A stretch of DNA of 64,000 nt, taken from Paraspadella gotoi. Lineage: Eukaryota > Animalia > Chaetognatha. Below the pieces are notes generated by a model, which saw only the letters and a program-made list of their open reading frames with translations, searched no databases and was not told the DNA's origin. The DNA is taken from assembly GCA_051294375.1 (NCBI GenBank), contig CM119271.1, forward strand, positions 14,018,770 to 14,082,769. Reading direction: 5' to 3'. Both the position numbers and the translations under genes were made by a program. Shown here one piece after another: positions 26,889-39,319 of the stretch. Every line of letters starts with the position of its first letter. The first letter of the stretch is position 1.

Positions 26889-27958
26889 CTCTTCCTTCTC
26901 CCGAAAGTCCAATCTTCACGTCACGACCTCCGAAGCAGAAGAAAAAAAAATCTTCCCGAAAAAAAAAATCTTGGAAGTGAAAGTGATGTTGAGGAGAGAG
27001 TGGTGAACACTGTGATGAAGAGAGGGGAGGTTCTGCGGTTTTGGGGGGGGGGGGTTCTATTTCTTAGAAAAGGTGAATGGGAAGTCAGGGAAGGAAAAGA
27101 GAGAGAGGAGGAGAGAGAGAGAGAGAGGGAAGAATGAGGTTGGGGGCCTTGGAGTTTGAGAGAGCGAGGAGAGAGAGAGAGCTAGGAAAGAGAAAGAGAT
27201 AGAGAGCAAAGAGAGAAGCAGAGAGAGAAAAGAGAGAGCAAAAGAAGGAGAAAAGATAGAGAGCCAGAGAAGTTTGAAACAGAGCAGAGACAGAAAAAGA
27301 GTATAGCAAAATGGGAGAGAGAGTTAAAAATTCCACAGTACTTGGAAGAATTCCTGAAGGAAATACTTAATTTATCGTCATTGGTTGTCGTCGTTCGTCG
27401 TTCGTCGTGTTGTCGTCGTTTCAGTGTTTACGTTTTTGTCGACTAAGAACGGAAAAAAAAAGTTAGAGAGAGGGGGAAAATGTTTTTGTTGACTGATAAG
27501 AAACTGGGGACGAGAGATATTACTATCCGGGGCATAATTACTTTTGTTGTAAATATTGCAATCATTACCATTCAATTGAGTACCAAATCAGTTAAATTCA
27601 GCAACGTCGGTATATGTACTTAGATTTCCAACGAATTATCGTGATTGTTGAATGTTCAATCTGAAAACGTTTCACAGAAATCTTCACAATCCAGGGGCCT
27701 TAAAAAGTCTCGATTTTCGTAAAAATATTGGAAAACCAAAAATTTATTTTCATTTCACAAAAATGTCAATTTTCTTTTCATTTATTTTTTTATAAATAAA
27801 AAGAGACTTTAAATCTTTTCATGACTGCATTCATTTATTTTCAATGCGGATAATTTCAAATGGATTAAAAAGTTTTCATCTTTATGTCTTTTTTTCTTTC
27901 TTTCTTTATTTCTTTCTCATTTTCTTTTTTCTCTCATTTTCATCTTTCTTTTACTATT

Positions 27959-28010
<52 letters not shown>

Positions 28011-28244
28011 TATTCTATCTATGTATGTATCTATCTATCTCTCTCAACTGGTCGCCGACCCCCTTAAATAAAATAAAAAATCCCGGAACGATATCATTTT
28101 CAGTCTCTTCGAACTTTATCCTCTAATTAAATCTCTCTTTGTTTCTCTTCATTTCTTTCCACTTAAATAATCACTTTCAGTCAGTCACTCGGTATTAGAA
28201 CCTGTTTGTCTCGGAGTTAAACTCAAATCTAATGATATATGCAT

Positions 28245-28315
28245 ATGAAATTGGTACAACCAATATAAAAAATTATCCATTCATTTAATAAATAAGCTAT
28301 CTTGCCACTGACTTT
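28245..28315 (+). repeat. Dispersed repeat ATGAAATTGGTACAACCAATATAAAAATTATCCATTCATTTAATAAATAAGCTATCTTGCC
   Basis: Near-identical copies at about 36865 and 37525 (+) and 51665-51760 (-); partial copies at about 42405 and 59955 (-). Class unknown. Confidence 0.8.
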
Positions 28316-28693
28316 AGAGAAATATACATTATACAATATACACCCTTATTTCTTAACAAATATTATATTAAATATTACTCATAAAAACCAAGGACAGACC
28401 TCGTGTTGTCTAAACTCTCCCTCCATTTCCGAACGACATCCCAATCCCTGTTACAAAATTAAATATTTCTAGTAAAGCTAATACTCAAATATGACATTTA
28501 GTTAAAATACAATCACAGAGTTTGGAAAGCTAAAATTTAATCAAACATCTGACAATAATAATGGATGATAGAGTCATGTAATGTAATGTATGTAATCTGT
28601 GGAATAGTTAAAGGATAATGTATCTTGCCGGGCAAGTATCGAACCGAGTGGGCGTTATACTTATAGCGACGATCCAGATTTTTGACATCCTTA

Positions 28694-29446
28694 TTTTTAG
28701 TTGCGCCGCGCGTGATCTCGCTGTTCGCGCTCGGTATCGGTCTGTCCGTCGTCTGTCCGTCGTTCTGTCAGTCCCGTCCGGTCTGTCGTACGGTCGGTCG
28801 GTCATTCGGATCGGTCTGTCGTCGGTCGTCCGAAAGTCTTGTCCATCGGTCTGTCCGTCTGGTCTGCTCCGTCGTCTGGTCCGTCGGTTGGTCCGTCGTT
28901 TTGGTCCGTCGGTCGGTTCCTTCAGTCGGTCGGTCTGTCCATCGGTCAGTCTGTCCGTTTGTCTGTCCGTCGGTCTGTCCGTTCAGTCTGTCCGTCTGGT
29001 CTGTTTCCGTCGGTCTGTCCGTACGGTCTGTCCGAAGGTATGGTCCATCGGTTGTCTGTCGTCGGTCTGTCTGTCCGTCGGTCTGTCAGTCGGTGGCTCG
29101 GTCGTCGCGTCTGTCCGTCGGTCGGTCCGTCGGGTCTTGTCCGTCGGTCGTCCGTCGATCTGGTCCGTTCGCGTCCGCGTCCGGTGGGTCTGTCCGCGGT
29201 CACGTCCGTCGGTCTGTCCACTTACGTTTAAAAATGCAACAATTTCCCTCGCAATCTTCGTGAATTGAAAAGCGCGCTTCAGGGAAATCATAAAACTAAA
29301 ATAGAATAAAAGACGAAATTGTGATGCAGTGCGTGTCATAAATACACGGGCAAAAATTTTTTTCTTTAGTCTTGTCATGTCATATCATGTGATCAAAGGG
29401 AAATAAAGTCACTGCGGCGCAACACATTGGAATCACCGTTCTTGTT
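28694..29446 (+). mobile_element. HINE/DINE-1-like non-autonomous Helentron with an expanded (GTCN)n tract
   Basis: T-run start. 5' subterminal GTTGCGCCGC (28700-28709) is inverted to GCGGCGCAAC (29414-29423) short of the 3' end. About 480 bp of GTCY/GTCG microsatellite; CTTGTT end. Confidence 0.75.
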
Positions 29447-29473
29447 AATTGATTTATTTATTCAGTGATGGCT

Positions 29474-29585
29474 TTTTAGTCGGATCTATAATCCACTTTG
29501 TCGGTCCGTCGGTCCCCCCAACTCAATCTTGTCGGGCAATCACTGAAATCATGTCAGAACATCAAATTATGACAAATTATGCCAA
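29474..29585 (+). mobile_element. Second HINE-like family fragment (also at about 35000-35330)
   Basis: CTATAAT(C/T)CACTTTGTCGGTCCGTCGGTCC...TCATGTCAGAACATCAAATTATGA is shared with 35023-35115, which is followed by a GTCY tract. Confidence 0.6.
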
Positions 29586-29588
29586 ATT

Positions 29589-29630
29589 GGCGCTGATGAA
29601 GGCTTGTATGAAAGCCGAAACATGTCCGTT
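29589..29630 (+). ncRNA. Minimal type I hammerhead ribozyme (intact core)
   Basis: GGCG-CTGATGA-A-GGCTT(gtatga)AAGCC-GAAA-CATG-TC-CGTT. It has core CUGAUGA, a 5-bp stem II, GAAA, palindromic stem III ACATGT, a GUC site at 29624-29626 and a 4-bp stem I including G-U pairs. Confidence 0.8.
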
Positions 29631-31820
29631 TTTAAGTTTTTAAAAGAAATGAGCAAAAGAAAAAAGGTTACAATTACAGACAACAAGGGTAGGGTCTCGG
29701 GTCTCGAGTCTCGGAAGAAAAACAAAAACATTTTTCAAATATACATTTTTGTTGATAAAGTAAAGATTTAGTTGATACAAAGATGAATGTTTCATCACAG
29801 ATGAATGAAACCTGGAAACAGAGGAAAGGATTAAGGAAGAGGATTCCGGAAGAGGAAGAAGATTCTGGAATGATTTCGAACGGGATTATATTTAAAACTA
29901 ACTTACAGAATGTTCTTTAGTTAGTGGAGCACCATGGGTTAACCAGAGTTAAACCCTACGACTATTTCTATTTCGTGTAAAGCGATGTTAATGAAAAGTA
30001 AGTGAGTACTACGCACCTAATTTTAATTGATCTCGCTTAAGTGAGTATTGACTTAATTTGAATGGATCCCAAGTTTCTTGACTTTCCGGTTTTGCATCAA
30101 ATTTGAAATCATTTAACATCCATAAAACGAATNNNNNNNNNNNNNNNNNNNNNNNNNNNNNNNNNNNNNNNNNNNNNNNNNNNNNNNNNNNNNNNNNNNN
30201 NNNNNNNNNNNNNNNNNNNNNNNNNNNNNNNNNNNNNNNNNNNNNNNNNNNNNNNNNNNNNNNNNNNNNNNNNNNNNNNNNNNNNNNNNNNNNNNNNNNA
30301 GAGAGAGAGAGAGAGACAACCTACTTCATACATATCTTTACTTTTTAACGTGTTCGTCCTTAAAAAAAGAAATTAAAAAAACTTTTCATCGTAAATATTT
30401 CGTGAAATAATAAAGTCATTGTTTTTTTTTGTTTTTTTAAATTTATGATTTTATCTAATTACATATTTCTTTGAGAAGCTTAATTTTTTTTTTGAGGGCC
30501 ATCAATAAAATATATAATCGTATGAGGTGTTTGATCGAGCCGAAATTACGCATTTAATTTAAAACTAAAAAAAAAGCTAACAAAACTTACGGAGCTGGAG
30601 CCCATGTTTTTTTTTTTGTTTTTTTTTTATTAATACCAAAAACAGTATTGACAAAATCAGAAACAGTATCATTGTAAAAGACTAGAAAACGGTAAACAAG
30701 TAAAAATTAAACTATTAAAATTCAACAAAAATAAAAGACACTAACGTTATTATAGTTTATACAATATTATAATATTATAGGTTATTATACAATCGTTATT
30801 CGTTTAAACATTGTTTTCTGAATTTCGACTAAAAATAAAATTTCAATTGGCTTCGAAAGTTAGTTACCATATTCCCTACGCGTCGGACCAGGCTGTACGC
30901 TTTTACGGTCTGTAGCACCGTACCCGTACCACTTCACAGCCAGGCGGCCACTGGCGTAAAACTCTGAACCTCTTTGGGTTACAGTAGCCATAGCCGATGA
31001 AATTTAAATGCTAATGTATACAGCGTTAAAATAATCTATCATGAGCATAGATTATAGTATTAAAATATTTTTTGTCAAAATTTTTTTTTCTGAGGGTACT
31101 AGCCTAATTAAAATTATTATATTACTATATAAAGGAAAAAAAATTGAAATCTTAAAATTTTTTGATGGATTCTGATAGAGCATAAAAAGTTAAACAAGAA
31201 ATTACAGCTTTTAAAAATTCTTACGTTTTCTTAGTAAAAATTTTTAAAAAAACAATAAAATTATCGAAAGATGATGATGATGACAATATTTTACGGTTTT
31301 TATTATTTTTGACTTACTTATCATAAAAATATTTTAAAAAGAATTATACTTTTTATGAGCTATCTGAATCTGGTCTTAAAATTTAAAATTTCTCAAAAAA
31401 TTGTTTTGCCTTTCTATCTATAAATAAATATTTTAAAAATAATTACTAAAGTATAAAGCTATATGAGAAATTTTTTTGTCCATTGAAAGTATACTTAAAA
31501 ATGTATAAATTTTCATTTGAGCATGTACTCACTCTAAATTTATGACTCACCCCATTGAGTGCGGCTACCCCTAGTTACAGTAGGTGAATTTCTTGCCTCC
31601 CGCTTCAACGACTGGTGGATTTTAATCCTCCAAATAGTTTTTATTTAAATCTGTCTAATTTTAGTTTAAAACTTGCGAGAATGATAATTTGAAACAAAAA
31701 TACTAATCTTGTAACTTTCAAAAATCGACGCCAACGCAAATTGTAGGAGCCAAACCAACAAAATAACGTCCCTTTGCTCAACAAGGAATCACTTGATTGT
31801 TGCCTAAATAATTAAAAATT

Positions 31821-32102
31821 ATGGATTTTCTAATAAAAGTGAGTTTATCTTTTATATTTTTTACTTTTTACTTGGTCGATCATTCTTATTACTCTTTTAA
31901 AATTCTCCAATCTTTTTAAGGGCATATATATATAGATACATACTGTATGAAATATTGGTCCCCACTTTATGAGAAGACGGGAAATCCAAATTCGTCAATG
32001 AAACCTTATATCCGGCTCAATTAATTAATTAATTAATTAATTAATTAATTTCAGATCACCATCTGCTTACTTTGCGCCTTTCTTCACTCGTCCACTGCAC
32101 AG
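31821..32102 (+). CDS. Signal-peptide exons of the large ANK-CTLD-ZP gene (31821-31838, 32055-32102)
   Basis: ATG GAT TTT CTA ATA AAA|gtgagt ... cag|ITICLLCAFLHSSTAQ|gtaaag, then phase 0 into 32176, in frame with the ankyrin ORF. Gives MDFLIKITICLLCAFLHSSTAQ. Confidence 0.75.
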
Positions 32103-32175
32103 GTAAAGTTTCTGAAAATTATTAATTATTAATTATTAATTATTACTATTATTATTATTATTTAAACGTTGCAAG

Positions 32176-34267
32176 ACGCAGCAAAATGTCACGGAATTTA
32201 TGAACAGCTGCAAAGAAGGAAATGTCACGTTCTTAGAAGTTCAAGTGCAAATCCACGGAGCAGAATTTGTCTACTCGGCCAACGATTCAAATAACACGTG
32301 TCTTCACTACGCCGCAATCCATGGCAAACAGTCAGTCATTGAGTATCTTTTGAGGATAGGGGTCAATGTGAACCAGAGCAACTATAAATCAAGAACGGCT
32401 TTGCACTTAGCGGTTATAGAAAATAAGGAAGCAATCGTTCATCTACTGCTCAACAACAACGCATCCGTCGACGTTGTCGATGATTTGAGCAAAACTCCGC
32501 TTCATTTTTCCGCGGCTAATGGTTTCATAAATATAACTAAGATACTGATAGAGCAAGGGGCTGACCTTGAGCTTAAAGACGACTCGGGATCGACCCCTCT
32601 TCATGTTTCCATAGAAAACAAAAAGTTTGACACTATTGATTACTTAGTAACAAATGGAGCCAACGTTGATGCGAAAAATTCAAATGGCGAAACCGCTTTG
32701 CACGTGGCCGTGAGAAAAAATCTTTTTGATGTTGTCACAACCTTGGTTCAAGCTAATGCAACTGTAAATTCTACTAATAACAAAGATGAAACAGCCTTGC
32801 ACTATGCCGGATCAGGGGGTTATGATAATATAGTTGAATATCTAGTTAACAACGGGATAAATATTAATGCTAGAGACGAGCTTTATCAGACTATTCTCCA
32901 TAAGGTCTCCAACCAAGGGTATTTAAACATAACCGTTTTTTTATTGAGTAGGGGGGCTGATGTGAACTTGCGAGACAGGTATTTTGAAACTCCATTGTAC
33001 AAAGCAACAAAAGCAAATAAAATAAATATTGTTAAAGCTCTTATCAATGGTGGGGCTGACCTAAATGTTACAGCCAGTTTTCAAAACACAGCTTTGCATT
33101 GGTCAATAATTTTTGGTTTTCAAAATATTGCTGAACTTCTTATTAAAAGTGGAGCCCATTTAAATGGGAAAAACCAATACGGTTATATACCATTGCATTA
33201 TGCAGCTTATTATGGATATTCAAACTTAGTTGATCCACTTGTCACTTTTGGATCAAATATAGAAAGCCTCAATAATAATCATCAGTCACCTCTGCACATA
33301 GCTGCTGAACGAAATAGACTTGAAGTAGCGAAAATTCTTATCTCATATGGAGCGAATTTAAGTACAATTGATTTTTATGCAGAAACGCCGCTACATGAAT
33401 CAAGTAAAAGAGGTTTTTTAGAAATGACTCGTTTACTCATTAATAATGGATCAAATTTAGAGGCAAGAAACGTTCTCGGTTCAACTCCTTTGCAGCTAGC
33501 TTCCGCAAGCAATCGCTTGAATATTGTAAAACTTCTTTTGACTAGTGGCTCGAATATAACGACCACTGATAATACAGGAAAAACTCCTTTGCACAATTCT
33601 ATCATACAAGGTTACCGAGATATTACTGATTTATTGATCAAGAATGGCTCAGATATAGAAGCGAGGTCAAATTCTGGTTTAACTCCTCTGCTTTTAGCTG
33701 CGCAAAATAATAGACTGGATATTTTGAAATTATTAGTCGTGAAACAAGCTAATGTTAGCGCAGTCAACATTAACAAAGAAAATTCATTACATTTAGCAAG
33801 CAAGTTGGGCTACTTGAACATAGTTGATTTTTTATTATCAACAGGTAAAATTAATCTAGAGGCCGTAACAAATGATGGGTCTACTGCTTTACTTTTAGCT
33901 GCTGAGCAGAGTCATCTAGAAATTTTCAAATTATTACTTTCAAATGGATCTGATGTAAACGCAACAAATAACCTTGGAGAAAATTCACTACATAAATCGG
34001 CGATTTCAGGCCATGTAGAATTAACAGTATATATTTTGAAAGGAGGAGGTACGATTGATGAGCAAACGAACTTGGGCGAAACTGCTTTGAGGATTGCAAT
34101 ACGCACCAGAGATATAGACATAATCCGAGTACTGATTCATAAAAGAGCTTCTATGGCATCCGCAAAAAACTCTGACAATTATTTGGGTCAATTCAACGTT
34201 GCTATCCGAAACAATTCAGTTCAGAACGCTATCATGCAAGCGTATAATGAGAGTACTATTATTAATG
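32176..34267 (+). CDS. Single large exon encoding about 19 ankyrin repeats plus caps
   Basis: 33-aa periodic G.TPLH.A....G...IV..LL..GA.VN motifs (19 counted); gtaagt donor at 34268 (phase 1). Confidence 0.95.
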
Positions 34268-34854
34268 GTAAGTAAATAGACATAGCATATTGCGGACTAG
34301 TACTTATTTTTGTTGCTAAATTAAGATATTTTTAACTAAAAAAAATAACTTTTATATAATTGACTAAATGATCAAATAGCTAAAACGAGATGACCCATGA
34401 TATGGTCGGTGAAAGCAAAACAAAATATGTAAAATCTAGAAAATAATAAAATGGCTTCGTTATTTCAAAAGGGTTTCAACCGGTAAACGCCTGTGACTCA
34501 AATCCTTGCTCTAATTTTGGAAACTGTCTCAATCTCGCCGACAATTATTTATGCCACTGCATGGAGGGTCGAGCAGGAGATACTTGTTTACAACGTAAGT
34601 ATCATTGTAACATTGCATGTGAAATAAGAGAGAGAAAAAAACCCAAAAATTTAAATAAAATAAAAATATTAATATTTTATTTTCTCAATGGTAATTTACA
34701 TAGCAGCTTAATATTTTAAACCTTTTTTTGGTGACTTATCCACAAATAAATCGCTCGTAAACTTTTTATTGAATTGTAACAAAAGTTCTTTTGAACATAA
34801 GTTCTAGTTTTCAGTGCCTGAATAACATTTGTGATATATTCGTTGTTCTTTTAG

Positions 34855-37501
34855 AAACTTGTACTGTATTTGAACAGTTATCTAATGGATCTAAGGACTA
34901 TACAACAACATCTTTCAAAGAAAGCTGTTACCTTTTTGCCCACTTAAACCGCTCTCTTGATGATTCACGAAATTTATGCCTCAGTTTAGTAAGTTAATTG
35001 TTTTTCTTGAGCAGATCCCGACTCTATAATTCACTTTGTCGGTCCGTCGGTCCGCCCCCTCAATATTGTCGGGCACTAACTTATATCATGTCAGAACATC
35101 AAATTATGATAAATTATCCCCCAAAAAATTATGTCCGTCCGTCTGTCTGTGTGTCTGTCTGTCCGTCCATCCGTCCGTCCCACCTTAGCAAAAAACACCA
35201 ATTACTCGTGATTGGATGGATGGATTTGAATAAAATTTTGTGTGCGGGTAGGGAAGTGTGTGATTGAGCTGGATATGAAGTTTCGATGGAATCGTCCGAG
35301 TGGAAATGAGTTTAAATGGAAAAAACAAAAAAAATATATTTCACTATTTGAGTGGATGGGCGATTGACTTGAAATTTTTATTTATCTTTTTATTTTAAAT
35401 GTAAATGCAAGATGTATTAATTAATCAAATAATTAATCAGTTAATTAATCAATTAGTCAATTAATTAATCAATAATTAATTAATCAGTCAATTAATCAAT
35501 CAAAACAAACATTTCGGATCAAATTAATTGCCTAATTAATTAAATAATTCCTCCCACACGGGATTCCTCCCACATGGGATTCCTACCCGCGGGATTCCTT
35601 CCTAAGGAATTCCTCCCATACGCAATTCCTCCCCATGGTATTCCTCCTAATGGAATTTCTCCCACACGGGATTCCTCCCCATGGAATTCCTCCCACACAG
35701 GACTCCTTCCAGATGGGATTCCTCCCATGCAGGATTCCTCCCACACGGGATTGTCCCACGCGGGATTCCTCCCACACAGGATTCCTCCCACACAGGATTC
35801 CTCCCACACACAATTCCTCCCACACGGGATTCCTCCCACGCGGGAATCCTCCCACACGGGATTCCTCCCATAGAGATTCCTTTCACTTAAGATTTCTCAC
35901 ACGCGGGATTCCTCACACGCGGGATTCCTCCCACACGGGATTCCTCTCCTTTAGTTATGATTAAATTTCTTATTGCATGTTCTTGTTGCAAGGAAAAATA
36001 TCAACTTTAGATTCATTAATAAAATTTTTGCTTTTAATATTGGAGAAGTCCCACGTGGGAGGAATCCCATGTGGGAGGAATCTCGCGTGCGAAGAATCCC
36101 GTGTGGGAGGAATCCCACGTGGGAAGAATTCTGTGTGGGAGGAATCTTGCATAGGAAGAATCCTGTGTGGGAGGAATCCCACGTGAGAGGAATCCCGTGT
36201 GGGAGGAATCCCGCATGGGAGGAATTCTATGTGGGAGGAATCCCGCGTAGGAGGAATCCCGTATGGGAGGAATCCCACATAGGAGGAATTCTGAGTGGGA
36301 GGAATCCTGCATGGGAGGAATCCTGTGTGGGAGGATTCCTGCGTGGGAGGAATCCTGTGTGGGAGTAATCCCGTATGGGAGGAATTCCATGTGGGAGGAA
36401 TCCCACATAGGAGGAATCCCGCGTGGGAGGAATCCCATGTGGGAGGAATACTGCGTGGGAGGAATCCCGTGTGGGAGGAATTCCGTGTGGGAGGAATCCC
36501 ACATAGGAGGAATCCCGTATGGGAAGAATCCCGCGTGGGGGGAATCCCGCGTGGAGAAATCCCGCGTGGGAGGAATCCCGTGTGGAGAGAATCCCATGTG
36601 GAAGGAATACTGCGTGGGAGGAATCCCGTGTGGGAGGAATCCCGTGTGGGAGGGATTCCCTGGGGAACTGTCATTGACCAATAGATAGCACGTATGGATG
36701 CTGCAACCATTTCTTTGAGGGCGGTACCCGTGGATCTCCTTATAAATGGTTTAAATCAAAAATGTATAATCTGATATAAATAACGAATCCTAATTTTAAA
36801 TCCTGCTTTCTCAACAAATAAGCTTAAAATTTATTATTTATATATTTTTCTTAGCTTTTATATTATGAAATTGGTACAACCAATATAAAAATTTTCCATT
36901 CATTTAATAAATCTCTTATTATAAAATTTAATTTAATAATAATGCCTCATTAATTTAACACATTTATTTAGACAATTATATTCTACATTGTTGTCCTTTG
37001 TGGCAGGTGATGACAGAAAGAAGATCTCTAAAATTGATACATTTCATGTTTTTTTGTACATATTTTGGAAATTAGGTAAACAATTATACATTATAAAACT
37101 CTATCTAACATAAAATTGAAGAGAACTGTTTAAATCCAGGTTTTTAAAGCATGTACCGTTGGGTTCAGTCATTTTGGGGCAAAGGAACTGTCTGATATTT
37201 ACGTTTGACTTTTAGGGCAGCACATTGGTTGCTTTGGAAACTAAAGAAGAAAACGATGAAGTAACTCGAGTCGCCATGAACTTTACTGTGGACTGGTATT
37301 GGACCGATGGAGCTTGGGTCTTTAATGGAACCAACTATGTGTTAAAATGGATAACTACAGACACTCTAATAGTGTATGACAATTTCGGATCTACCGATAG
37401 AGGCCCTCCAAGTATAAGACCATACTTGCAGCTTGGGAGAACATCGCTGTGGGAAGTCTGGCAATCGTTTTGGAATGATAGCGTCATCTGCGAATCAAAA
37501 G
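34855..37501 (+). CDS. C-type lectin-like domain, exons 34855-34988 and 37216-37501
   Basis: ETC...FKESCYLF...SLDDSRNLCLSL|GSTLVALETKEENDEV...WYWTDG...LKW...YDNF...VICE. Phases 1/0/1 are consistent. Confidence 0.85.
35546..36660. mobile_element. Foldback-like structure: two inverted arrays of a 16-bp unit (GGGAGGAATCCCGTGT) in the CTLD intron
   Basis: 35546-35948 reads (ATTCCTCCCACACGGG)n and 36043-36660 reads the reverse complement, with an AT-rich spacer of about 95 bp. Confidence 0.85.
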
Positions 37502-38861
37502 GTAACCAAAACTAACCATAGTCTTATGAAATTGGTGCAACCAATATAAAAATTATCCATTCATTTAATAAATAAGCTATCTTGCCCCTGACTTTGGACA
37601 GGCTTTGGTGGTTTAAGGCCTGCATCACTCTTACAAGATAATGACATAGTAGGTCCCTGCAAGCTTTCAATCAAGACTCTCTCACAGTCTCGTTTATTCA
37701 CTCCCAGAGTACCTGGCTTCCCTATCAATGAAGTAAAAAATATTTCAATTATTTATTATTATTATTATTATTATATATTATTATATTATTATAACATTAT
37801 ATTATTATTATTATTATTGAGCAAAAAAGTCGGAAAAAAAATATCCTTTTATAATATTTTTCTTTATTTACAGTAGTTAGTATGAAGAAAACAGATTTTG
37901 CTTTGAGTAATACAGCCTTAATGTTGCAGCAGCAAATATGAAGTTGATAAAGCTAATAATAATAATAATAATAATAACAATAACAATTTGAAAAGAAATG
38001 TTAGGAATGACTAAATACTAAATATAAAAATTACAAAATCTAATGTTAAAATTGCGATTTGTAGCTATTACTATATAAAGTTTACAATTTTTTTTCATTT
38101 TTCTATTTTTTTAGAGATTTAAAAGTTAGATAAAGGTTATTATTACAACTTTTTAATTTTTTTTTTATTGATGATAATTTTAAAAAATAATAAAATTCAG
38201 CCAATGATGATGATTTTTTTAAGGTTTTTTCTATTTTTAACTTTTATTGTCAAAATTTAAAAAAATTCTAATATTAACTTTTATTTAACTTTTCAAGCTT
38301 TATTATATATTATATATTATTTAAATTTATTATTATTATAATATATTATTATTTATTATATATTAATAAATATTTAAAAGATTCAGTGCAACAACCCAAT
38401 GAATTAATTCAAAAAGTTGCATTGAAAATCGATTTAGTAATAGAAGGAAAATTAATATATTTGGCTTGTTATTATTTTTAAAAGCTTTTTTATAATCCCC
38501 TAATCATTCATATTAGTTAAAACTATAATATTAAATAGTTGTTATGGAATAAAAACAAAATTTAAGCACAAAATCTTAATAAAATGATCAGTTGCCCTCG
38601 GGTAATTTGCATATTTCCTTTTTTCAAAACTGCGGCCAGCAAACTGAACGAATTGAAAAAAAAAATATTAAACCATGTTTAGCAATAGAAAATGCAACTT
38701 TTTGCCGAGTACAGTGTCGAAATCCGGACTTGACCCAAATGACCCACCATCTAGTATACATTAATAATTTTATAACTTTTAAGGTAGAAAGACCAACAAA
38801 AGCGTAGAGAAGTAATTAGCATATAGTAAACATTAAACACGAAGTTTCTCTTTAATTTAAG

Positions 38862-39158
38862 TGAATACGTCGGGAACAACGCTAACGATGCAAATGTCAC
38901 TTGGGCAATCGTTGGAGCCATCGTCCTCAATGCAGATGTCCCTTGGGCATTCATTGGAGCCATCGCCCTCAATGCAAATGTCACTTGGGCAATCATTAGA
39001 GCCATCGCCCTCAATGCAAATGTCCCTTGGGCAATCATTGGAGCCATCGCCCTCAATGCAAATGTCCCTTGGGCAATCATTGGAGCCATCGCCCTCACTC
39101 ATGCAATCGCTCGACACAACACCGACGATGCAGCCGCCAACGATGCAGCCGACCCAAG
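38862..39158 (+). CDS. Mucin-like linker exon with five 14-aa (42-bp) repeats MQMSLGQSLEPSPS
   Basis: The phase-1 acceptor (ttaag|tg) matches the CTLD donor at 37502. Frame is open and S/T/P-rich; gtaagt donor at 39159. Confidence 0.75.
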
Positions 39159-39319
39159 GTAAGTTGGGACTAGAAAAACCTTTTATGCTCGGTTTTATGA
39201 AAACGGATATAAGTACAGTAAAATAATTAATTTTTAAAAAAGATTAATCAATTTTATTTATTTTTAATACTTTTCTAAATTTAAGGAATTGCATTGTGAA
39301 GTTTTCTTATGATCAAAAG

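Noticed and set aside
35540-36710. GIPPTRDSSH and GGIPCGRNP repeat ORFs
   Set aside because: Products of inverted 16-bp arrays inside an intron.
38857-39117. Minus-strand Cys/Asp repeat ORF (CPRDICIEGDGSND)n resembling a Ca-binding repeat
   Set aside because: Antisense of the mucin-like exon; the plus frame has phase-matched splice sites.
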